DNA from: a virus
Taxonomy: Duplodnaviria > Caudoviricetes
Direction: 5' to 3' (one strand)
IMG/VR virus record: IMGVR_UViG_3300037484_000435
Coordinates: 288,001-352,000 of that record
DNA: 64,000 nucleotides
Position numbers and translations under genes: made by a program
Shown here: in pieces, positions 27,301 through 39,300 of the stretch
Layout of the letters: the number at the start of each line of letters is the position of its first letter
How positions within the stretch are numbered: the stretch's first letter is position 1
The notes under the pieces: generated by a model
Seen by the model: the letters and a program-made list of their open reading frames with translations, nothing else
Databases searched by the model: none
What the model was told of the DNA's origin: nothing

Positions 27301-30300
27301 CCGCCATAACAGCCACACGAGTTCGGTCAATGATTTCAGCTTGTTTTAAACCTTGCTGACCAAATACTACCATAGCATCTAGAACATCTTTGACATTAAC
27401 CCCCATACCAGTGGCCATACCAAAGGCAGCATCTCTAATTTTATTCAAATTAGTAACTTGTGGATCTGTGACCTTTGCTATATTCATTATGGCCGTCTCT
27501 ACATCTGCCATTGTGGAGACCATTTTTTTGAATTCAGTCGCTACAGTACCTACAATTGCAGCGGCCCCGCCCCACTTGGTAATAGTTTCTACAGCCCCAA
27601 AAAATGTCTGTGACTCGGCAACTTGTTTATTCATGTCGGTAAAGTTTACTTTAACTCCGTTTGCCGCCAATGAAGTTTTAGTTAAGTCCGCTCGAATCTT
27701 TTCTAATACAGCCCCAGCCTCATCTTTAACCTCTAAGTTTAAAGACATTGCTTGGCCCTCTTTCATATCAGGACTAGTAGCAACCTTTTGTTTGTAGTAT
27801 TCTAGTAATTGCTTATTTCCAGAAACCTGTTGTGGAACAGACAGCCCCATAGGTATGATAGGGGCAGCCGCCTGCATCATCGGGTCAAACCGACCTGAGA
27901 ATTTCGTTTGTTGTGCGGGTCCTCGGAATTGTTCTTCAAGGGACTTCCAATATCGGAGACTCTCAACAGTAGTATTGGGGTCTCGACCTGCCTCGTGCAC
28001 TGTGGAACGTAAATAGCCATGAACACCAGATATATCTTTTGGTACATTGGTTGAGGTCTTTAAAATCCCACTCATTACTTCTTGGTAAATAGAAGTGGGG
28101 CTAATTCCGGTAGGCTCTAAACTCTGAAGAGCTTCTACTGCCTTCTTAGATACACCCTCTAACCCTTTGGACAGGAAACCCCCCACTGAGATTACATCAC
28201 TGAAAGCTTCAGGACGTCCGAGGGAAACATTCTCACGATCTCCAGCACCTAGGAAACCACCAGACCGGTAAGTTCTAAAAGGATCCGATAGAGGATGTAC
28301 AGCTGTTGAGGACCTAAGAGCAGTAGCAACATATTTGATGATATATTCATCGATTTCTTTACTTAAATGGGCAACAGTATTTTTGTTGCCGGCTTGTGCC
28401 GCGGTATTTAATTCATTCCGCAAACCTTGTAAATGGTTCAAATAAGTTTCAGATATATGGGCCAAAGTTGCTTTCTGGGATTTTGCGACCTTACTTTTAT
28501 CAGAAGTATCCACAGTCACAGTATTTTGTAGAGATTGGAAAGAACCCAATACTTGGTCTAAAGTTTTACCTTGCATGCTACTGGGCACTACATCTTTTAT
28601 CTCTGATGGTAATCTCCAAGGAGAACGAGCAGAAACAGGAGTATACCCCCGCAACGTAGGCTCCTCAAGCTCTGCTTCTTGTGCTGGACTATAAGAAGAG
28701 CTTCCCTCGTAATAATCAAGCCGTGCTCTTTCTCTTTCCTTTCTAAGTAAAGATGTTCCAACCTCTTTCCCAAAATATTGTCCTGCCAGTAAACCTCCTA
28801 TACCAAGACCTATCTTGCTTATGGGACTAACACCAGCCTTGAAACCTGCAATACCACCAAGTAATGCTCCACCTCTCGACATCCAAGTTCTATTCGTTTT
28901 TAATTTATCCACATATTCTGGGTCCATATACTCAGGGTAGAGAGATTCCATACTACCCTCATCTGCTAAATCTGCCCTCTCTTTGTCTGAAAGCCACTTG
29001 TCCACCTCGGCACCGCGTGGTCCCTGTTTACCGCCTATACCAAAAACTTTTCTTTCAATTTTCTCACCAATATGGCCCCCAACAACACCACCACCAAGAC
29101 TACCAGCCAGTGCACCTAGAACACGGACTAAGGTTGCCGCCTTAGGCCCGCCGCCGCCCATAGATCTTAAGGCCGTTGAGGCTGGAGCAGTTAATCTAGA
29201 ACCTAGAGCAGCCCCCATAGCAATAGTTGCGGCCTGAACAATCTGCTCAGGTATTTCGCTAGCTATAGCCCTAACGGGAGAAACCCCTTGCGCAACTTTC
29301 TCCTTTACATCGTAAGCCCCAACTGCAAAATGACCTAAAGCTGGAATCATCTTAAATGCGCCACCGGCCACACCTTTTAATGCATCAGTAAAATCACTTT
29401 GTCTCAAAGCTTGTCCCACATCAGACATACCCGTCCCGAAAGCCTCAATTGGCTGTGTAACTAGGCCCCTGAGCCCCCTAATACCACTTAATAAAGCACC
29501 AGGTCTACGTGATAAACCAGATACACCACTAGAAGCCATTACTCCAGACGGAACCCCCCAGCTTTCATTATAAGGCATACCTCCTAGACCAAGATGTTCA
29601 ACCGCAAATTTACCTATACCCCTATTTTTTGAACCCAATAGATTACCAGGACCGTAGATTTCTCCTACTTGTCTATTAAATTCTTCCATAAGACCTGTGC
29701 CAGTCACATCTCTACCGGGGAGCATTTGTTTTGCTGATTCATACACACTAGGTAGTATTTTGAATGATTTTTCTAAGCCTTCCTCGGTAAAATAGCGTCT
29801 AGCCATCAAAGCTCTGGCCCCCATACCCAGACCTTGGGCAGTTGATTGTGCAGCACTAACCGCCTGTGGAACACCATAGGCGAGCAAGTCTACACCACCG
29901 TGGGTAACGTCTGCCGTACTTCGTAAGAATTTCTGGGATACAGGGGGTGGAGCAGGAACCTGCCCAGTAGACATGTGGTAAACCATTCTATTTGCAGCTG
30001 CCTTTTTTATTGCATCTGGACTTCCTTTTTGACTAATAGCTTCCTGAACTGTTTTCTCATAATCTAACGCTGATTCAGCTGGGCCAAGACGCTGCGCGGT
30101 ATCCATCCATTTAGTGGTGTCAAAAGGTGACTCTTTAAATGAATCTGGATATTCCATCATCCTGCTAATCTTTTTAAATTCTAAATCGATTAATTCTCTT
30201 ATGTTTTTTTCCGTTAACCCACGAGACCTAGTCCGTCCTGCTTCCAAACCCAATCCTGTAGTACCCCGATATGTAGGAAATTCCTTTAGACCAGCACCTA

Positions 30301-33300
30301 ATCCAGACAGTTGTTCAGTAATCATATTTGACACATTTTCATCTACACCAGCAATGGATTTGTAAGCACTATAGGGAGATTTCATAAGGGTCCAAGGCAA
30401 GCGTAATCCGAAAGATGTTGCCCCATACCCCAATTGTGCGCCGCCTTTCGCAACACTTCCTAAGGCGTGTGTAAAACTTGGGGGAACTTCATTTCCCCTA
30501 GAAAATAACTTTTCTAACCCAGTGTCCTTCAAAATACTTTCAACAATATTCTGTGGTATACCGTCCTTACCCATCGTTCCTCTCGCCAGTGCACCTAAAT
30601 TCTGCCGTAATGCGAAAGCAAGACCCCTAACAGTTGATGGGTGCATACCAACATAATCAACTGGCCGATCAATAGATTTGGTTGGTTCAATCCTCATCCC
30701 GTAAGGGTCCTTATTCTCAAGAAGTGATTCTTTAGTATCAAACCTTCCCAAGGTTATGGGTTCTGGCATATTTATTGTGTAAGGGCCAACTTTAGCTTCC
30801 CCCTCTAAACTTAGTAATGCATTGCCGTGGGTTTTCTTTCTCAACAATCCCACCAAATGTGGGTCAATACCCTCTAGCATTCTCTGTGGGGCACCTAAAA
30901 ACCTCTTCTCTCTTACCCCAGGATGAGATAAGACTTCTAGTGCTTTACTTACTTCAGATGGATCAAACCCTAAAGCAGCGGAGACTAGCCCTGGGGTTCC
31001 AAGAGATACCTCAAATTTACGCGACTTGTCTTCTGCTTCCCACTCAAATGTTTTCTTCTTGAGAGATTTGGTCCCCTCGAACAAAGGCGAGTAGGCCTTC
31101 ATAGCCAAATCCTGCTGTAATCTTCCTTGCAAAGCCTGAATTTCTTGAGTGTTACTTTTCGACATCTTCATTTCTGGGTGTCCAGCAAGGATTTCTTGCA
31201 TGGCTTCCCAACGTGCGGCGGGGGATTTACTAAAAGGCTTCCCAACCTCCCCTGCCCTCTTCTGGGCCTGTTCAAACTGTCTTTGATAAACATCCTTAGA
31301 TGTACTAGACATTGCCTCAGAGATAAATTTATCTACAAGAGGACTCGATACAGCCCTAGTCTTCCACATTCCCTTGACAGATTCTGGGGCTTCATTAATA
31401 TCTAAGTGCGTTTTTTCATGTGCGTATGTTTGTTGGATTGACCTTCCAATACCTTCTTTTTCAGTTCCTTTAGCGGACATATAAGCCTTAATAATTTCTG
31501 GTGGCATGTATATCTTACCGCCCCCACCAAGACCCACAGCAAAACCTTGTTTTAAGTAATTAAGGTTACGGTCTTGTGACATACCACGCTGTCTAAAAGG
31601 TTCCGCTGATACCGTCAAGTTCCCACCCTTTAGGAGGTTAGCAACCGTGTCAGTTCCCTTGGCAGGAGCAAAAGACGGTAAACCTTCGAGAGAATTCTCC
31701 TCGGGCGTTCTAACAGACATTTGTTGAATTTTTGCAGCTGCTGCAGAAATACCCAAAGAAGCTGGAATACGCAACACCATTCTACTTACTTCCCCACTTT
31801 GGTCTGAAAACCATAAACCTAATTGAGAAATTTTATCTATAATAGCAGAGTAGTGTTTACCTAGATCTACACTAGGTACATTTTCAGATACGGCGTCATA
31901 TGTTCTGTATAAGCCCGACACGACATCATCATACATCTTACCAACACCACCATAGAAGTTACTCGCAAAATCCTCAACTTGTGGTCGTTTAGAGAGTATA
32001 CCAGGAACAGTATCCATAGCAGTTCCCCAGACCTTTTTAGTAACATCCGTTGCATAAGGAAAAGCGGACTCATCCCATTTTCTAAAGGTAGGTCGTGCAT
32101 AACCTTCAAAATCTTTCATACCAGACCAAGCTGCTGAACCAGCGGCATTTACACCACGCTTAGCCAAATTCGTAACACTATCAGGAATATATTCAGAAAT
32201 TTTCCCCACTAAGTCTTTTGTAGCTGACCAACCTTCACCTAAAAGAGCTGTACCCGACTTAACTATTTCTGAAGATCCTATAGTCTTTATAGCTCCCACA
32301 AGAGCTTCAACAATAGGAGCAATCATTGGGTAACCAGTATAAGCTGTAGCCCCAGCCATGGTTCCTGCGCCCAAACCACCAAGGCCCAGCATTGTCATCG
32401 AAGCAGGTAACGCATATGTTGCTGCAAGAGCTGCTCCGCCACCAATCAGGGCCGCTTTACCTAGCCCACCAGCCATGCGTCTCCATAAAGGCTTCTTTTC
32501 ATCAGCAGGAGCATTTAAACGAGGTTCATCGAGGTTTTCCTCTCCTTCTGCGGGCGTATTGCTACGGTAAGTTTTTTCAGATGGAGTAAATAATCCCCCT
32601 ATCCCACCAGTTACCGCACCCCATAGCGGGGCCGCTTTTATAACACTGGAACGAGAATCTAGAAAACTTTGTGGTAATAGATTGCTACCTTCAAGCAAAC
32701 TTGACGCACCATACCACCCAGCACCAGCAATTGAAGACACAGCAGCACCAGAAAGAGCACCTTTTAACATTTTCCATATAGGTCTTTCTTCATTAGTAGG
32801 ATTCAACTGTGGAGTTCTTGACACCCCCGCTGATGTTAATCCAGAAAGGGCCCCAACCGCTGCTCCCGCCCCCGTAGCTAAAGGTATGTGTTGGAGACCT
32901 AGTCCATAAGCCATACTTCCCACTATAGGGGCAACAGCTGCCCCTATCAAAGCCGATCTCCCTGCACTTTCTAAAAACCCAGTAGGTTCCTGACGTAAAG
33001 GAGCGTAAGCTTGGGTACCAGGTGTTAATCCTCTATTCATAGCAATGTTTGCTAGTCTATCGGCGGGCTTGTTTTCCTCACGAGGAACATAAGAGAAAGA
33101 CACATTGTCAAATTGTGCTGCTAGCACATCCGCCTGAGCCTTAAGTTCTTTTATCTGCTCATTCTTCACCTTGAACTCATTTCTCATCTGTCCTACCATA
33201 ACTTCAGAGTCTGATCTTACTTTTATGTTTTGAGCGGAATTCTTAAGAGCCTCCTGTAAACCCATAATGAGGCCTTGGTACTCAGCAGCCATAGAAGTCA

Positions 33301-36300
33301 TTTCCCCAAGATATTTATTGACTTCTGCAATAGTCTGTCCCTTAGGATTTAATAGGACAGCACCAGCACCAGAAGGTCCCGGATTACCACGGGACCCAGC
33401 ATCAGTATATAGTGTATAAGGTTGTTGTGCAGGGGAATAATTCTGTAGATTTTTTCGCATAAAGGAAAGTTCTTCTTGTGGGGATGTCCCGATGGCCTCT
33501 CTTCCGGCTTTTTCTGCTACTAGCTCTTGTACCTTTGCGAGTTCATCCAAAACTTCTTGATCCTCATCAGTACGGAGACCTCCAGCTAGAGCCTCTTCTA
33601 GGGCATTTGCTGGCTCTTCCTCCCCCCTATCTCCGTATTTTTGCATATAATAATTCTGTATTTTCTTTGTATCTATACCAGGAAACTCTTTTCCAGACAT
33701 GATATCCTGCGCGATAGTAGGAGCGGAATAATCTATTACAGCATGCCCTTTTTCATGTTGCATTACGTTCATAAAAGCACGCATCTCTGCTCTATTTGTA
33801 GGGGAGAATAAACGGATATTCCCATCTTGGTAACGGCCTTCCCCTGCACCAAGCGTATCGTCTATCTCAACGTTAGGACTAAAACCATAAAACTGTTTAG
33901 CCCTTTCAGGATCCCTTTCCTCCATTGGCCTTACTTTGGAAACTAGCCACTGTCCTTTTTTAGTATCTTCGCCCTTCGGCTCGTAATTAAGAATATTGTA
34001 AGTACCATCAACCAAACCTTTAACGCCTTCCAACCTTACTGTGACATACCCTTCTTTTACACTTTCCAAAGTAGCCTTTCCTGTATCATAAGTTGCCATA
34101 TGACCAGCTCCATAAAAACCTTTGGGAATATCATATTCTCCTTTCTGGTAATAATCTATTGCGTGGTGTGCTGTAGGACCAATTGCTAATCTAGGCTTTC
34201 CTTTTTCAGTAGGCATAAACTCTGGTACCGCCCATGACTGAAGCTGACCACCAACCTCAATTCTCATATCATGGTGTGGCCCTGCCCTAAAGGCATCGTG
34301 TTTATGAACTACAAATCGGCCCACATCCCCTTCTTTGGCTTCCCCAGGAAACATAAATCCTGCCTCTTTAGAAATAGGCACTGCCTCTGGGTACTTAGGA
34401 GCTTGTCTCCTTGTATTTAGAACTAGAACTGGATCGTAAGGTAACTCAGGCATTCCTTTACCAAATATGCCTTTGCGTAATTCCTCTTGTGTAGCTACAA
34501 CTGCATCTTTGGCAAATGAAGGTATTGGCTCTACACTGGGAGCCTGGAGTAGGAACTTAGTTCCTTTCTTAAATTCTCCTGCCCGCTCAGGGGGCTGATA
34601 GAATTTATCATCTAAACCTTTAAGGTATTCCTCCATACGCTTCTTAGAGGTTTCTACAACGGGCCAATCCTCTGGATAGAGACCTTCCTGCTTTTGGACA
34701 AGAGATGGCGAAAAATTCTTGTAAGAGTCCTGATCTATCTCTTCTTCAGTTTGATATGCGGGAGAATATGATCGCTTTCCTTCTAACACCCTCGCAAAGC
34801 GTTCTTCTATTCTCTGTTCCGCGGATTCTTGTGTTCTCCAAGGATAACGGTTTTCCTCATTAACCAGATAATCTTTGGTTTTGAGTTTAAGCATTCTTGG
34901 GAAACCTGTTTTTGGATCAATTTCACCCAAGGCTTTAGCAACTACACCCTCCTCTATGCCCTTAAATTGATCTTGTTGAGTATACACCTTTTGTGCTAGG
35001 TCTTTATCAACCTTACCACGATAAAGTTCATCTACAGTCTTCAACTTCAAGTCATCTGCTAGTTTTTTGAACTCGTCTACAGGGAGAGGTTTATTAGCAA
35101 CCTTGGCATCAAACCAAGCTAACTGGTCTTTCTTTCCTCCCCATTCACCAAACAAATCTACTCGATGTCCTATATCTTTTGAGTATTTCTTAAGTTCAGG
35201 AGCCAGCCCTTCTTCCATCTGTTCAATAAAAGGTTTGTATAGTTTATTAGCAGTATCGGGGTCTAATACTTTATTGCGTGTAGCATAGCCTATCTCGGTA
35301 TTTCCCCAACGTAGAGGAACAGCACTCATTTTGATTTGATGACCATGACTCTTATACTGTGCCGATCCCTCAACGTCTTGTTCTAAGAATTTTGGGTCTT
35401 CAAAACCTGTTTTAATATGGGGGTAATCGGCTGGACTAAACCCACGAACAGCACGCCTGATGTTTTCAGGTGCTTTTTCTCCAAAAGCTTCTCCAGGTGT
35501 AAATGGGGGTCCACCAAAAGGCCCTCCAGGAGATGGCATAGTAGTGGATAATCCACCCCTAACGGACTTCTCTTCTATTGCTTTAAGAAACTCATTTCTA
35601 GATTTCTGGAATCTCATTGTATAAAAGTCTGGTGGTTCTATATCCAGTTCCTTCAGAATATTCTCCATTCTCTTCTTGAATACCATATTAATATAGCGAG
35701 TGTAGCCACGATTCTCACCATATATTCCTTCAGCATAAAGGGCTTCCAGAGGCTTTTCAGATTCGCTAGTTATCTTCTTAGCCTTCTGATCAAAATGAAA
35801 TATACTCTGCCAATCTTGTGATGTTAAATCAAAGGCACTATTAAAAATCTTTTCAACATCATTTCTTACTTTATGTGTGGGTTTAGATAGAATCTCTTCA
35901 AGGTCAACACCCCCACCAGCACTTGGCCTAAAAGGCCACATGGACTGCTCAGCGGAACGTGGTATTGCGGTATTCACACGAGATTCAACTTGGCTTAGCC
36001 GTAGATCTTCCCAGTCCTTTGGTAATCCTGCTCCTATGTGTTCAAGAATCTGCCCCTGGCGTTCCTTTATCACATTATTTATAAAATGTGTAACTCCTCG
36101 GCTTCCTCCGTAAACGCCCTCATTGCGCAAGGAAGAAATGACATCCTGATATGGTGTATCCTCGGAAGGAGACTTCATCCCACGAAGAACTGGGTGTGCT
36201 TTGTACACGCTCTGCCAATCTTCTTGGCTCAGCGTTTCGGTATTTTCCTTTACCGCTTCCTTCCAACTTTCTTTAAATAACGGGGAGAATGATGCAACAA

Positions 36301-39300
36301 GGTCCTGAGTTTTACCCCTTCCTACAAGTCCCTCAGATATTTGTGCAGGAAGGTTGACACCAGTTAAACCAAAAAAGCCTGAGCGGGAAGCTCTCCTAAG
36401 TGGGCCAATACCAGAACCATAACCAGCTTCCCCCGCAATATAAGAAGCTGAGGCCTCTTCGACTGCTTGTTTTCTAAACGCCGGAATTTTACGCAAGGCT
36501 ACGGTAACCTCTATATTGCTCGAATCTTCCATAGAACCCAAACCCGCCCCTTCTAAGGCTTTCTTAACCATAGGGCCGTGCTCTCTGCTATATACTAGTT
36601 TTTCAATTAAACTATCTACTTCTTTTGCATGGCTTGACTTGGGATCAGAAACCCTGTCAATCACAGATCTTAAGTAATCAGCTTTAACTCCTTCCCCCAT
36701 ATCTATGTACTTCAGAGCAGTTCCTCTTCTGATAATCTCGTGGGCTCGATCCATAGCCTGTGTTAACTTGTCGTTGGCCGTAGACCTCTCATCTGGGTTA
36801 CGAGCAAGCATACGTTCACGGAGTGCATCTTCAAAGGCAGTTTTTATTCCACTATCAATATAAACTTGGCCAGTTTCTTTGTCATAAGAAAATTTTCGTC
36901 CCGCTTTAGATTGTTCTCCATAAATTCCTTCGGTCTGCTTCGAAAAAGTTTGCACCTGATTAAGTAAACCCTCCACCTGATACACTTCTTTATTCATTAT
37001 TTTCATCATCTGGTCATGTGCCACAACAAACTCTTCATAAGCTTTCATTGCGGGACTTTCAAAGGTGTATTTCTTCTGTTCAGTGGCCCCACCAAAAGTC
37101 CCTATCATTTCTGGAATTTCTATCCCTTTACCCTTTTTATTTCTTAATACATAGTCAAGCACTTCAGCTTGGGATAACGCAGGACCCCCAGGAGTGTATT
37201 CATTTTCTATATCTGATCGTTTAGCATAGGACCCTACGGCCATCGCGGCCCCACCGGAAGTTTTCATCTTATACATAGGTTGCAAACCCCTATATAAAGT
37301 AGAAGTACTTATTCCAGGTTGTATAATTTCCTCACTAATATTCCTATAATCCCCCTTCCTCACTTTCTCGATACCTTCTCCCATAGCAGCAATCCTAAAA
37401 CCTATTTCTTCTTTAGATAATTTCTTACCTGATGCTTTTCGCATCTCGTCTATTACCAGCTGTGTAATATCATCTTTTCCTACTAAAGCTTGGAAATCAC
37501 CTTCGTTAAATTTGAACTTGGTTTTGAACCCTAAAGTTTGGAGTGTTTCATCCTCATAACCTGGCTTCCCTGCAACGAATCTAGCAAGACCAAGAGATCC
37601 TTTTTTAGATAAGGTGGCGTCCCCCGCCAAACCTGTTGCGTAAAGTTCCTTTACATTAGCAACGGACATACGCATCATTTGGTCAAAAACATTTTCAAAC
37701 ATAGCACGGAAAGATGTTTTCTGTATAATATCTTCTATTAATTGCTCCCGATCTTTGCCCTTTGTGGATATACCGTATTCTTTAGATTCGCTCTGTAATT
37801 GTTCTAAAGTGAGAGGACGTAAAAACTTTAGTCTGTATTTACGCATTGATTCTTCTTGTTGTCCAAAAAGAGCTTCCTCACCAGCGCCTTGCATACCACC
37901 TTTATATTCTCCCCAGCCACCGTGACCGGCATCAAGAGCCGATGTTAGCTGATCCAAATTACCAGTGAAAAAAGCTTGTTGAACTTTGGGGCTTAAATCA
38001 GAACCAGCGGAACCATGCTTACCACCAATAACTCTCTGGATAGTATCCCTCAAGAATTCCCCTAAAAGAAGATTGTAGTTCTCATGCAACTTGGGGGTCA
38101 ACCCCAACCCCTTCGGGTCTGCCCCTCGATACAATAAACCTATACGGTTAAAGGCTTCATATCCTTGTCCCATATCAACTTTATGCACGAAATGTTTAAG
38201 GGAGTCTTCCGCAATTGTTGAGGGGTCTGTTTCATGTATATCTAGAAGATTTTTCTTGGCGGCTTTAGTAATCTCATCAACGTAGTTCATGCTCTTCCAG
38301 CCGGGAGACGACGCCGACAACCTATACTTCAAACTAGCAGGTAATTCCTCTGGAGATAGTTCAGCGCCCTTAACTCCCAACGAGACCGCAGATTCAGGAA
38401 CATTGCTCTTTTGAATATTTTCGTGCATAAACCTACGAGTTGTACCATAATCTTTTAGTTGCATCTCATGGATACGTTTGAGTTCTTCGTTAGCTTTCTG
38501 AGTAGTAGCGGCATGAATAGAAATCATATCACCATCAAAATCTAGCGTCATACTGGCTTCATGGTAAAGCGGTAATAAATCTTTTGAAACTTTATCGATT
38601 TTATCAATATCGTCTTGTAACTTACCGACCTTAGAGGTGAATTTACCTCCGCTAGTTTCAAGTTCATTTTCAATCTCTTTGACTTTCTTTTCCCTTAGTT
38701 CTTCCAAAGCGTCCCGAGTTTTATTCATTGTACTGATAACTGGGTAATCCCCGATAGGTAAACCAGGAACAGCAACAGACCCAGACAAATCTTTCATCAT
38801 ATCATCCACCGTTAATTTTAGAGAACGGTAACTAAATTCATCTGTAGTAGGTTGTCTATTAATAAGAGCATAAACATCATCAACCTTACTTTGTAAATCA
38901 GGGGTCGCCATACCTGCTTTTTGTAACTCCACCAAATCTTTTCTACCAATACGTACTTCCCCTTTACCGATCCATTGTGAGGGGTGTTCTTTTTTGAATT
39001 CTCCCACATTCTTGAGAGATTCAGACATTTGACCTATTAATTCCTCGGAGCCAGGTATTTCTTCTTTGAACTCTTCCAAACGCCCAATACCAGACCTAAT
39101 AGCCTCACTAGGGTCATAAGGCCTATGCTGTGCCGTCAAGTATAAGGCTGGTATCTTCTTCTTCATAATGGTATTTGAAATTAACCCACCTCTACCGTAA
39201 ACTGTGCCGGACAATTCTTCATAGTAAGCCTGCAAGTTTCTCATTATTTCGCCATATTGTAAATCCAGAGCAGTTTTTGATGTGAGACCAACATTTTGAC

